DNA from: Eukaryota sp. TZLM1-RC
Taxonomy: Eukaryota; Protista; Metamonada: BaSk clade
DNA length: 64,000 bases
Assembly: GCA_040285825.1 (NCBI GenBank)
Contig: JAUPSS010000004.1
Coordinates: 2,956,550 to 3,020,549 of the forward strand
Direction: 5' to 3'
A model generated the notes under the pieces. It worked only from the letters and a program-made list of their open reading frames with translations, was not told where the DNA came from and made no database searches. Positions 1-12,844 of this stretch are shown piece by piece (position 1 is the first letter of the stretch; each line of letters starts with the position of its first letter). A program made the position numbers and the translations under genes.

Positions 1-407
1 AGACGTGCTGCGAGTAATTCAAATGGAGGATTAATTTTCAAAACAATCAATTGTTGAAAATAGTGGGCTAGATCATCAGCAATTTCAGGAGCACTGGAAC
101 ACGCTATTTTCAACAGATCAAAAGAAATTCCAGATGGGCCTGCTGCTTTCCCCTTTGGCAATTTTTGAATAGCTTTAAGAACTTCAATTGCAGTAATAGG
201 ATTTTCAATCCAAAAAGGACACACTTCAAGCTTGCTGCACTTGAAATTTTCTTGAGGATGCAACTTTTGAAGTTTTTCAAGGGTATCAGAGTTTGCATTA
301 GCCAAAGAAGAGGAAAACAAAGACTGCTTTGCGGCACCATAACGACCACGTAAGCACAATTTACGGCAAATTTTTGATTTTACAATTTTTCTATTTCCAA
401 ATTTTTT
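1..407 (-). mobile_element. Family A internal fragment (RT N-terminal part); resumes at 2308-2374
   Basis: Matches A; ATTTCCAAATTTTTT duplicated at 393-407 and 2308-2322. Confidence 0.85.
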
Positions 408-1400
408 TTTAAATTTAATTTTATTCTAAACCTATAAATCAACATCTAAAAAATCCATCTCTCCCAAAACAAAAACACTAGATGCAACTCTCTCATAGTG
501 AGATCCAAGAGAAAGCAAAGCATCAGAAACCATCTTCAACATCCCCTTAAAAATAGAAAACACAATTCTATTTTGCCAAAACAATCTATTGAAATTTCTG
601 CCAGTTCTTCTCTTTACAATCATTTCAAAATCATCAAAAAAACGTAAAGCAGTTGGTGCAAGTGAACCAAAAAGGGAAAATACAAATGGATACAAATTGT
701 ATTTTGCATGCTGTAGACTGGCCAATTTGGACAAAGGTTCATTGTATTTTTTGAATTTAAAATTTTCAGCATTTGAAAGGGGATTATGAATTTCAGAATT
801 AACAAGCCTTTCATTTGAGGCATTACAAGGATCAACAGACATTACATCCAATAAAATGAAGCTTCCATCTAATCCAGGTAATATGACATCACCTCTATTA
901 TTCTTATGAAAATCATTTTCAGCATCAAACAGATTTGACAACAAAGGTTCCAAGAAGGATTCAATTCTATGAGATTTACACATACAATATAACTGGTCTC
1001 TTACAGCATCATGAACCTTGCTTCTAAAAGTAATAAAATGTTTACAATTTAACAAATGAGTAGTTGTAATTTCTCGAGAACATTTACAAATTAAATTATG
1101 AGGTTATCAATTATCAGGCCAGATAAAGGAACGAAATCTCATATTCAGAGTCCAAGCAGAATCGGATAAGAGAGTACCATAAACTTGTGGAATTGTTGTT
1201 ACTAAGGCAGAAGAAGTACTGTCACACATATCTTGTAAAAGATTTGCAAAAGCGGGATTCTTTTTCTTGGCCAAGCCAAGTCTAACATCAAAATCCAAGC
1301 TTTCAAAAATCTTTGACAATTTTTGTTGAAGCTTTTTACAGCAAAACTGTAAATTAAATAGAGATCGGTTTGGAATTTCTTGAATTGATTGAGGAAAACA
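402..1400 (-). mobile_element. 5'-truncated family A copy (RLE end + tail)
   Basis: Poly(T) 402-410; ORF 432-1055. Confidence 0.9.
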
Positions 1401-2307
1401 TTTTTTTTTTAAAATTTAATTTTATTCTAAACCTATAAATCAACATCTAAAAAATCCATCTCTCCCAAAACAAAAACACTAGATGCAACTCTCTCATAGT
1501 GAGATCCAAGAGAAAGCAAAGCATCAGAAACCATCTTCAACATCCCCTTAAAAATAGAAAACACAATTCTATTTTGCCAAAACAATCTATTGAAATTTCT
1601 GCCAGTCCTTCTCTTTACAATCATTTCAAAATCATCAAAAAAACGTAAAGCAGTTGGTGCAAGTGAACCAAAAAGGGAAAATACAAATGGATACAAATTG
1701 TATTTTGCATGCTGTAGACTGGCCAATTTGGACAAAGGTTCATTGTATTTTTTGAATTTAAAATTTTCAGCATTTGAAAGGGGATTATGAATTTCAGAAT
1801 TAACAAGCCTTTCATTTGAGGCATTACAAGGATCAACAGACATTACATCCAATAAAATGAAGCTTCCATCTAATCCAGGTAATATGACATCACCTCTATT
1901 ATTCTTATGAAAATCATCTTCAGCATCAACCAGATTTGACAACAGAGGTTCCAAGAAGGATTCAATTCTATGAGATTTACACATACAATATAACTGGTCT
2001 CTTACAGCATCATGAACCTTGCTTCTAAAAGTAATAAAATGTTTACAATTTAACAAATGAGTAGTTGTAATTTCTCGAGAACATTTACAAATTAAATTAT
2101 GAGGTAAATTATCAGGCCAGATAAAGGAACGAAATCTCATATTCAGAGTCCAAGCAGAATCGGATAAGAGAGTACCATAAACTTGTGGAATTGTTGTTAC
2201 TAGGGCAGAAGAAGTACTGTCAGACATATCTTGTAAAAGATTTGCAAAAGCGGGATTCTTTTTCTTGGCCAAGCCAAGTCTAACATCAAAATCCAAGCTT
2301 TCAAAAA
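1401..2307 (-). mobile_element. 5'-truncated family A copy
   Basis: Poly(T) at 1401; ORF 1433-2296. Confidence 0.9.
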
Positions 2308-2374
2308 ATTTCCAAATTTTTTCTTAAAACAATTTTTGTTTTTTCTAGCAAAATATTTCCAGAAGGATGAAATA

Positions 2375-3063
2375 TTTTTTTTTAAATTTAATTTTATTCT
2401 AAACCTATAAATCAACATCTAAAAAATCCATCTCTCCCAAAACAAAAACACTAGATGCAACTCTCTCATAGTGAGATCCAAGAGAAAGCAAAGCATCAGA
2501 AACCATCTTCAACATCCCCTTAAAAATAGAAAACACAATTCTATTTTGCCAAAACAATCTGTTGAAATTTCTGCCAGTTCTTCTCTTTACAATCATTTCA
2601 AATTCATCCAAAAAACGTAAAGCAGTTGGTGCAAGTGAACCAAAAAGGGAAAATACAAATGGATACAAATTGTATTTTGCATGCTGTAGACTGGCCAATT
2701 TGGACAAAGGTTCATTGTATTTTTTGAATTTAAAATTTTCAGCATTTGAAAGGGGATTATGAATTTCAGAATTAACAAGCCTTTCATTTGAGGCATTACA
2801 AGGATCAACAGACATTACATCCAATAAAATGAAGCTTCCATCTAATCCAGGTAATATGACATCACCTCTATTATTCTTATGAAAATCATTTTCAGCTTCA
2901 AACAGATTTGACAACAGAGGTTCCAAGAAGGATTCAATTCTATGAGATTTACACATACAATATAACTGGTCTCTTACAGCATCATGAACCTTGCTTCTAA
3001 AAGTAATAAAATGTTTACAATTTAACAAATGAGTAGTTGTAATTTCTCGAGAACATTTACAAA
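2375..3063 (-). mobile_element. 5'-truncated family A copy
   Basis: Poly(T) at 2375; ORF 2405-3028. Confidence 0.9.
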
Positions 3064-3466
3064 AATTGGGTACGTATTTTGTTAAATTGTCTACAAAAAT
3101 TGTAAGTTAGGGAAGGAGGTAATGATCGCAGTAAATGAGTAATTTTTCCAGCATAACAAATTTTCAAAAGAAAAAACTTAAGATGTTTTTCCAATTCAAG
3201 AGTCTTTATGACTTCTAGCTCTTTTTTAATTGAATTTAAATAATTTTCAAGGCTGTCAAGTGTCTTTTCGGCGGAACCTAAATAGCAACCCAGAAAGCAG
3301 AAACTAGTTGAAGTATAATCAATATATGGAACTTCGAGGGAATTAATTATTAACTTAACATTTTTTCTAGAAATACAAAAACATTTTTGAACATTCAAAT
3401 CAAGACCTATGGATTGGTATAATGTAGCAGCTTCATTAGCAACCCTATTAATTGTACTTTCTGGAC
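3060..3466 (-). mobile_element. Family B internal fragment (RT end/thumb), fused to an A fragment at 3462-3528
   Basis: Matches B 8688-9093; TGGAC microhomology at the B/A junction. Confidence 0.85.
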
Positions 3467-3573
3467 AAAGGTTCATTGTATTTTTTGAATTTAAAATTTT
3501 CAGCATTTGAAAGGGGATTATGAATTTCATGTTGATAATTTTTGTTGAAGCTTTTTACAGCAAAACTGTAAAT

Positions 3574-4674
3574 GCCATTTATTTTCTTCAGCAAATTTGG
3601 GTGGTATTGGTTTTACTAAATCTTCAATTTAGATGTTGATTTATAGGTTTAGAATAAAATTAAATTTTAAAAAAAAATGTTTTCCTCAATCAATTCAAGA
3701 AATTCCAAACCGATCTCTATTTAATTTACAGTTTTGCTGTAAAAAGCTTCAACAAAAATTGTCAAAGATTTTTGAAAGCTTGGATTTTGATGTTAGACTT
3801 GGCTTGGCCAAGAAAAAGAATCCCGCTTTTGCAAATCTTTTACAAGATATGTGTGACAGTACTTCTTGTGCCTTAGTAACAACAATTCCACAAGTTTATG
3901 GTACTCTCTTATCCGATTCTGCTTGGACTCTGAATATGAGATTTCGTTCCTTTATCTGGCCTGATAATTTACCTCATAATTTAATTTGTAAATGTTCTCG
4001 AGAAATTACAACTACTCATTTGTTAAATTGTAAACATTTTATTACTTTTAGAAGCAAGGTTCATGATGCTGTAAGAGACCAGTTATATTGTATGTGTAAA
4101 TCTCATAGAATTGAATCCTTCTTGGAACCTCTGTTGTCAAATCTGTTTGATGCTGAAAATGATTTTCATAAGAATAATAGAGGTGATGTCATATTACCTG
4201 GATTAGATGGAAGCTTCATTTTATTGGATGTAATGTCTGTTGATCCTTGTAATACCTCAAATGAAAGGCTTGTTAATTCTGAAATTCATAATCCCCTTTC
4301 AAATGCTGAAAATTTTAAATTCAAAAATACAATGAACCTTTGTCCAAATTGGCCAGTCTACAGCATGCAAAATACAATTTGTATCCATTTGTATTTTCCC
4401 TTTTTGGTTCACTTGCACCAACTGCTTTACGTTTTTTGGATGATTTTGAAATGATTGTAAAGAGAAGAACTGGCAGAAATTTCAACAGATTGTTTTGGCA
4501 AAATAGAATTGTGTTTTCTGTTTTTAAGGGGATGTTGAAGATGGTTTCTGATGCTTTGCTTTCTCTTGGATCTCACTATGAGAGAGTTGCATCTAGTGTT
4601 TTTGTTTTGGGAGAGATGGATTTTTTAGATGTTGATTTATAGGTTTAAAATAAAATTAAATTTAAATAAAAAAA
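3574..4674 (+). mobile_element. 5'-truncated composite family A copy in an antisense A host, 15-bp TSD
   Basis: AGCAAAACTGTAAAT at 3559-3573 and 4675-4689; contains a 3'-tail-only A piece at ~3629-3677. Confidence 0.85.
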
Positions 4675-5138
4675 AGCAAAACTGTAAATTAAATAGAGAT
4701 CGGTTTGGAATTTCTTGAATTGATTGAGGATAACATTTGGTCCAAATTTGTGGCGGTAATTTTTCAAGTTCACAAGATAACTCATACAAATAGGGACTAC
4801 AATTGGGGACTAACAGATGAGAATCATCAGGAAATCTACGAGAAAATTCATAAATAAAATTTTGCCACCACCCAAGAATGCTGATTGACACAAAATTGAA
4901 GATTTAGTAAAACCAATACCACCCAAATTTGCTGAAGAAAATAAATGGCTTTTTCAACATTCCTGGTTCTACATCCAATAAATCAGCAAAAATTCTGTTC
5001 TCAATGAATTAAAAAGTACGACAAAAATCTAATGCTATGGAAGGAGCACAAGATCTCAAAATGTGGGTTATTCTCCCAGTGTAGCAAATTTTAAGCATGA
5101 AAAATTCAATATGCTTTTCTATATCTAAAGAAGAAATT
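4675..5138 (-). mobile_element. Family A internal fragment (host of the previous insertion)
   Basis: Matches the A thumb/linker region. Confidence 0.85.
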
Positions 5139-7422
5139 TTTTTTTTGGTCCAAATTTTTTTTTGGTAAATAATTCTTTAAAACATAACATTCTAAACCTA
5201 TAAATCAACATCTAAAAAATCCATCTCTCCCAAAACAAAAACACTAGATGCAACTCTCTCATAGTGAGATCCAAGAGAAAGCAAAGCATCAGAAACCATC
5301 TTCAACATCCCCTTAAAAATAGAAAACACAATTCTATTTTGCCAAAACAATCTGTTGAAATTTCTGCCAGTTCTTCTCTTTACAATCATTTCAAATTCAT
5401 CCAAAAAACGTAAAGCAGTTGGTGCAAGTGAACCAAAAAGGGAAAATACAAATGGATACAAATTGTATTTTGCATGCTGTAGACTGGCCAATTTGGACAA
5501 AGGTTCATTGTATTTTTTGAATTTAAAATTTTCAGCATTTGAAAGGGGATTATGAATTTCAGAATTAACAAGCCTTTCATTTGAGGCATTACAAGGATCA
5601 ACAGACATTACATCCAATAAAATGAAGCTTCCATCTAATCCAGGTAATATGACATCACCTCTATTATTCTTATGAAAATCATTTTCAGCATCAAACAGAT
5701 TTGACAACAAAGGTTCCAAGAAGGATTCAATTCTATGAGATTTACACATACAATATAACTGGTCTCTTACAGCATCATGAACCTTGCTTCTAAAAGTAAT
5801 AAAATGTTTACAATTTAACAAATGAGTAGTTGTAATTTCTCGAGAACATTTACAAATTAAATTATGAGGTAAATTATCAGGCCAGATAAAGGAACGAAAT
5901 CTCATGTTCAGAGTCCAAGCAGAATCGGATAAGAGAGTACCATAAACTTGTGGAATTGTTGTTACTAAGGCAGAAGAAGTACTGTCACACATATCTTGTA
6001 AAAGATTTGCAAAAGCGGGATTCTTTTTTTCTTGGCCAAGCCAAGTCTAACATCAAAATCCAAGCTTTCAAAAATCTTTGACAATTTTTGTTGAAGCTTT
6101 TTACAGCAAAACTGTAAATTAAATAGAGATCGGTTTGGAATTTCTTGAATTGATTGAGGAAAACATTTGGTCCAAATTTGTGGCGGTAATTTTCAAGTTC
6201 ACAAGATAACTCATACAAATAGGGACTACAATTGGGGACTAACAGATGAGAATCATCAGGAAATCTACGAGAAAATTCATAAATAAAATTTTTGCCACCA
6301 CCCAAGAATGCTGATTGACACAAAATTGAAGATTTAGTAAAACCAATACCACCCAAATTTGCTGAAGAAAATAAATGGCTTTTCAACATTCCTGGTTCTA
6401 CATCCAATAAATCAGCAAAAATTCTGTTCTCAATGAATTAAAAGAACGACAAAAATCTAATGCTATGGAAGGAGCACAAGATCTCAAAATGTGGGTTATT
6501 CTCCCAGTGTAGCAAATTTTAAGCATGAAAAATTTAATATGCTTTTCTATATCTAAAGAAGAAATTGAATCAAGTTCAATTTTCATTTTTTCCAAAATAA
6601 CTTGCAATTCATTCTGAATTTGAGGCACATTTCCTAACCAACAACCAAGGAACTTAAAAGCATCACTACTATAATTAGTAAAAGGGACAATAGAATCGTT
6701 TATCACGAGGTCTTGAGCAGAAGAGCCAATCAGAAGGCATTTGCTGGCATTAAGATGAAGCCCAATATTTTCATATGAATCGGCAATTTCTTGAGCAACC
6801 AATTCTAGTAAATCAAATGAACCAATCAAGGATATATCATCCATATAAGCAACTATTTTTATAGAAGGGTATTTTTGCTTAATGATATTTAAAGGTTTGT
6901 GAATAGCTAAACAAAACAATAATGGGCCTAAAGGATCTCCCTGCTTCACTCCAGAAGATGATTTAAGACCAAATGAATTAAAAATTCAATCTGATTCTTT
7001 CCCATAAAAATGGTAGAAAGAACTCGATAGCTCAGGAAAATCAGATTTAATAACTTCAAAAATTGCTTCTCGCTTTACAGAATTAAAAGCATTTTTAAAG
7101 TCGAGATTAAAAATAAAATTATTTTCCTCTGCATTAAAAAAGGTATCAGAGGCAATAGCAGCAACAGAAGCACCATCAATTGTTTTGATTCCAAATTGAT
7201 GAGGATTCAAAAATGTAGAAGCTTTGTCTTTGACACGATCGAAGACAATTGATGCCAGCAAACGAGAAAGAGATTCACCAACAGCAATTGGGCGTATTCC
7301 ATCAGGTTTGATTCCGTTTCCAGGCTTTACTAGAGCAATCAGACGTGCTGCGAGTAATTCAAATGGAGGATTAATTTTCAAAACAATCAATTGTTGAAAA
7401 TAGTGGGCTAGATCATCAGCAA

Positions 7423-10400
7423 TTTTTTTTTAATATAATTTTAATTTATTATTAAACTACAGTCTAAAAGTCAATATCTTCAAAACAAGCTTCCACACCA
7501 TCAAACCTTACAGCAGCAGTGTTTTCATAATGTGCACTGACAGACATTAAAGCTTTCGAAATCATTTTAGGAATTGATTTGAAAATAGTAAAAACAATAC
7601 GATTTAGCCACAAGCGACGATCAAAACGCTTATTCATTCTTTTTTTCACAAGATTTTCAAAATCATCAATAAAATTCAAAGCAGTTTTTCCAAGACGACC
7701 ATACAACGATATAGCAAATGGGCAAATTTGGTAATCTACATGGCGAACATGTTTCAATTCTTTTAAAGGATTTGCATACTTTTTCCGTTTGTACAATTCG
7801 GAGTCATCAAGGGGGATACTTCGGATTGAGCATTTTTCAAGGCATTTTTCTTGCATACATCCACTGTTACGACATCAACAACATTCATGACATCATCAAA
7901 CGAGGGTACAACAACATCAGCACGTCGTTTTCCATATTCTGAATCTCTTACGCTTTCATTTATATCAAGAGACCTCAACAAAGGTTCTACAAAAGATTCA
8001 ATATGATAGGAATTACACATTGCATGGATTTGATCTCTGACTGCATCATGCAACGTAGAACGATAGGAAATATATCTATTGCAATTAAATAAATGTGATA
8101 ATGTCAAACCAGCTCCACATTTACAAAACAAATCATTGGGCAAATTACAAGGCCATAAATAACAACGCATTCTCATAGCAGTGGTCCATTGGTCGTCATT
8201 CAAAAATAGACCATAAATCTGGGGAATTTGATTTATCAAAACTGCAGATGAACTGTCCTTCAAATCAATCAAAAAAATTGGCAAAAGCAGGATTTTTCTT
8301 TCTTAGCCGTGCTAAGTCGAACAATAAAATCCTTGTTTTCAAAATTTTTCAAAAGATGTCGTTGGAGCTTTTTCAACGCAAATTTTAATGAATATAAACT
8401 TCTGTCTGGAATTTCTTGAATGGATATGGGGAAACATGATTGCCATAAGTCGGGAGATAAACTGGATATTTCTTCTCTTAAGTTATCCAGGAATATGCTA
8501 TTTGTATTTTCAAGAAGATTTTCGGCAAAGGATATCTTCTAGAGAATTCAATTACAAAATTTTTCCACCACCAATAAATGCAGCTTTGGTCAAATATTTT
8601 GATGAATTGAATCCAACACCGCCAAGTTGAACATCAGAAAAATATGATTTTTCAAAATTGATGGATCAACTGACATTAAATAAGCCAAAAATTGGGTACG
8701 TATTTTGTTAAATTGTCTACAAAAATTGTAAGTTAGGGAAGGAGGTAATGATCGCAGTAAATGAGTAATTTTTCCAGCATAACAAATTTTCAAAAGAAAA
8801 AACTTAAGATGTTTTTCCAATTCAAGAGTCTTTATGACTTCTAGCTCTTTTTTAATTGAATTTAAATAATTTTCAAGGCTGTCAAGTGTCTTTTCGGCGG
8901 AACCTAAATAGCAACCCAGAAAGCAGAAACTAGTTGAAGTATAATCAATATATGGAACTTCGAGGGAATTAATTGTTAACTTAACATTTTTTCTAGAAAT
9001 ACAAAAACATTTTTGAACATTCAAATCAAGACCTATGGATTGGTATAATGTAGCAGCTTCATTAGCAACCCTATTAATTGTACTTTCTGGACCAATACAA
9101 GAAATGTCATCCATGTAAGCTACCACTTGAAGGTCAGAATTTTCTTCTTTTAATTTTTTCAAAATTGGGTGAATTGCAAGACAAAAAAAGAAAGGACCTA
9201 AAGGGTCTCCTTGTTTAACTCCTGATAAAGAATCCAGATTAAAAGAATTAAAAATTAAATTAGATGAATTACCATAAAACCTATAAAAAAAGGTTTCGAG
9301 TTCAGGAAAATTTGATTTGATTTCTTTCCAAATTGAATCTCTTTTCACTGAATTGAAAGCATTTTTGAAATCAAGATTAAAAATGCAACTATTTTCGTGA
9401 CAATTGAAAAACAGATCAGATGTCAAAGCTGCAACTGAAGCTCCATCTATAGTTTTGATTCCATATTGGAATGGAGAAAAGTATTCTTTAGCTTTTGTTG
9501 AAACTCGATTAAAAATTACTGAAGACATCAAGCGATAAATGGCTTCACCAATGGCAATTGGGCGAACTTTTCCATTAGGTTTAGTTAAAGCCACTAACCG
9601 TGATGCACTTAATTCTTTAGGTGGAACAATTTTCATTATCAAAACATCTTGAAAAAAGGAACATAAATCTTTAATAATAAAGGCATTTTGGCGGCACACA
9701 GATTTCAGCATATCAAAAGTAATTCCAGATGGACCTGGAGCTTTTCCAGATGGAAGACGGAAAATGGCAGTTTCAACTTCTTTTTCAGAAAGTGGATTTT
9801 GTTTCCAAAATTGTGAAGCAGATGGTTTATCCAAATTAAGAAATTCAGCTGGATGCAGATCCACTAATTGATTTACAGTTTCATCAGTCACAGGAGCAAG
9901 GTCAGATGAGAACAGAGCGTTTTTCCCTGAACCATATCTCCCACGTAGCAAAAGTTTTCGTACAGTCTTATTCTTGGGTTGTTTCTTTGGAGTGAAAACC
10001 TTTTGGGGACGAGAACCTGATTTTTGTTCAAGGAAGAATTTCCAAATAGAAAATATATCCCATTCACCTTTTTTCAAAGCAAGACTGAATGTTCTAAACG
10101 CAACAGAAAAGGGAATGGAAGCCTTGGGACTGAGAACATTCGGAATCTTACATGGAGGCCGTAATGTATCAAGCGAGGAGCAAACATGGCATACATATAA
10201 ATTATTTTTTAAAATATATCTTTCAGCTTTTTCATTACAAATAGCACAATTATCAATTTGACTTGCTTCAAGGGGAATATCTAACATCACTGCATCATTG
10301 TCTTCTGCAGTGCACTCATCTTTGGGAGGTAAATTAAATTCTAAATTATGTAATTCAGCGGCAGCGGCGGTTACAGAATAAGAAATAGATGGATTTTGAT

Positions 10401-10741
10401 AATTTTCACATTTTTTAGAATTCTTTTTATGACCAACTTTATGACAAGATGAGCAACGGGGAACATTTTTTGAGAGTTTAGTGTTTTTTGTGGCACGCTG
10501 ATCATTTTTTGAATTTGAAATTTTTTGAGAAGAATTTCGAGCATAGCTTGGAGGGTGGGGAGAGTGGAGGAGTGAAGGGGATGAGCTTGATCTGACGGGT
10601 AGAACCTTCACTTGGGCATTCCAATCAGTATCGGAGTCACTATCTGCCTCTGGCATCGTTTAGGGAGAGACACAGTACAACTTTGACGCCAACACAGAAA
10701 GTGAAAAATGAGAGGCTTGACCAAGGGAGGGAGAAAAAAAA
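7423..10741 (-). mobile_element. Full-length family B non-LTR retrotransposon inserted into a family A copy
   Basis: Poly(T) at 7423 (3' tail); 5' T-run-CTCCCTCCC near 10740; host A is continuous (CAGCAATTT | AATTTCGGG), TSD about AATTT. Confidence 0.93.
7464..10656 (-). CDS. Family B RT-RLE polyprotein (~1065 aa), frameshifted in homopolymers
   Basis: ORFs 8590-10656, 7763-8284 and 7464-7856; CSSCHKVGH, CAIC..CHVC, APGPSG, RPIAIGE, QGDPLGP, YMDD, CKC..HLFNC, HDAVRD, RAD..VDV. Confidence 0.88.
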
Positions 10742-11093
10742 ATTTCGGGAGCACTGGAACACGCTATTTTTAACAGATCAAAAGAAATTCCAGATGGGCC
10801 TGCTGCTTTCCCCTTTGGCAATTTTTGAATAGCTTTAAGAACTTCAATTGCAGTAATAGGATTTTCAATCCAAAAAGGACACACTTCAGGCTTGCTGCAC
10901 TTGAAATTTTCTTGAGGATGCAACTTTTGAAGTTTTTCAAGGGTATCAGAGTTTGCATCAGCCAAAGAAGAGGAAAACAAAGACTGCTTTGCGGCACCAT
11001 AACGACCACGTAAGCACAATTTACGGCAAATTTTTGATTTTACAATTTTTCTATTTCCAAATTTTTTTTTAAATTTAATTTTATTCTAAACCT

Positions 11094-12559
11094 TTATTCA
11101 ATTTTTATTTATTTATTGAATTTGCACACTTGATTAAATTAAATCATAACTAATAGGACGACTATCATTAAACCAAGATTTCCTCTACAAAATCTTGATT
11201 TGCTTGCTGTCTAGCTAAAGCTTCTCTAATTCGATTGAAAAACCGCGGTAATCTATTAATAATGGCAAATTGAATCCGTGAACGCCATAAAAAAATATCA
11301 AATCTTTTCATTGTTTTTTCTTTCACCATTTTTTGGAAGTCATCCAAAAAAGTTTCTGCTTCAACTGATAATCTTCCATTTATCGAAAATGGAAAAGCAA
11401 TAAAAACCAGCTGTGTATTTCTATCGATATTTGCATCTTCAATTTCTTTATCATATTTTCTATGTTTTTCTTTTGCTTTAAAATCCAGAGCAGCCACAGG
11501 ATTAAGTTTTCTTCTGTGAACCAAAGTATCGTTTGCAACATTACATGAGACAAAGTCAACAATAGCTTCAGAATTATCAATCCAATCACAGTATACATCA
11601 CCTCTATCATCAGAACCAAAATTATTCAGAGAAAGTGTTTCTTTCAGCAGGGGCTCTTTGATACACGATATCCTTGCAGTTTGTGCCATATTGAAAACAG
11701 TGTCTCTAACAGCATCATGTAATGAAGAACGATAAGTTATCAATTTAGAGCAATTTAGAGCATGGCGCAAAGTGAGTTGAGGTGAATTCGAACAAATACA
11801 TTTTTCTTTTGATAATAATTGGTTAATGGGGATGTTCAAATATAATCTCATTTTTGTTACAAATGCTTCATTAGTAGCACACAATCCAAATCTTCGTGGT
11901 ACAATGGTTACAAAAAGTGAAGAATCTGACACCTTGTTTTCACAAACACCCTTTTCCAATAACAATGAGTGAAGATCTTGATTTAAAACAGCCGAGCTGC
12001 AAATATTATTATAAAGATCTTTTTCATACATTCCAGTCAATCTTTTCTGTAATGTTCGAAGAGTGTACTTCAAATTTAAAACATTTTTTTCTGGAATATT
12101 GCCATTGAATGATTGGGGAAAACATCGACCCCATTTTTCTACATCAATTCTTGAAATTTCTTCATTTAATGCAAAAACAGTGGAACTTTGCGTTGTCATC
12201 AATAAATCTTCCCAATCTGCAAATCTTTCGGAGAACTCAAAGATTGCATTTCTGCATCCACCAACAAAAGCACACGAGGTAAGAATAGAAGCCTTCGTCC
12301 ACCCTAAACCACCATATTGTGGACTAAGGTAAGCATGATCTGGAATTTGAAACATTTTACATCCCAGTAATTGAGACAGAACTTTTGCACGTAACTCATT
12401 AAACTTTTGAGCCAAAGGTCTAGTGACGAGAGGATTTGTAGATCGAAATATATGATTAAAATTGGAACTAAAACACAGTCTTATAATGGTAAATTTGATG
12501 TGTTTTTTTATATCTAAATTCATCATTCGGTCAATTTTGTCAGAAATTGAGTTCAACTT
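11094..12559 (-). mobile_element. 5'-truncated family C element inserted in the 3' UTR of an A copy (11062-11093 + 12560-12844), 10-bp TSD
   Basis: TTCTAAACCT at 11084-11093 and 12560-12569. Confidence 0.88.
11168..12556 (-). CDS. Family C C-terminal 462 aa (thumb, CCHC, RLE), uninterrupted but 5'-truncated
   Basis: GGLGW, CICSNSPQLTLRHALNC, HDAVRD, EP, RGD..VDF..KHRKY, PFSING. Confidence 0.87.
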   Translation of the reverse strand: MNSISDKIDRMMNLDIKKHIKFTIIRLCFSSNFNHIFRSTNPLVTRPLAQKFNELRAKVLSQLLGCKMFQIPDHAYLSPQYGGLGWTKASILTSCAFVGGCRNAIFEFSERFADWEDLLMTTQSSTVFALNEEISRIDVEKWGRCFPQSFNGNIPEKNVLNLKYTLRTLQKRLTGMYEKDLYNNICSSAVLNQDLHSLLLEKGVCENKVSDSSLFVTIVPRRFGLCATNEAFVTKMRLYLNIPINQLLSKEKCICSNSPQLTLRHALNCSKLITYRSSLHDAVRDTVFNMAQTARISCIKEPLLKETLSLNNFGSDDRGDVYCDWIDNSEAIVDFVSCNVANDTLVHRRKLNPVAALDFKAKEKHRKYDKEIEDANIDRNTQLVFIAFPFSINGRLSVEAETFLDDFQKMVKEKTMKRFDIFLWRSRIQFAIINRLPRFFNRIREALARQQANQDFVEEILV

Positions 12560-12844
12560 TTCTAAACCTATAAATCAACATCTAAAAAATCCATCTCTCC
12601 CAAAACAAAAACACTAGATGCAACTCTCTCATAGTGAGATCCAAGAGAAAGCAAAGCATCAGAAACCATCTTCAACATCCCCTTAAAAATAGAAAACACA
12701 ATTCTATTTTGCCAAAACAATCTGTTGAAATTTCTGCCAGTTCTTCTCTTTACAATCATTTCAAAATCATCCAAAAAACGTAAAGCAGTTGGTGCAAGTG
12801 AACCAAAAAGGGAAAATACAAATGGACACAAATTGTATTTTGCA

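Larger units (their letters stand above)
5137..11067 (-). mobile_element. Long family A copy (5137-7425 + 10741-11067) split by the full-length B; atypical 3' tail
   Basis: ORFs 5198-5992, 5985-6407, 6398-6949 and 6986-7390; continues at 10741. Confidence 0.88.
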
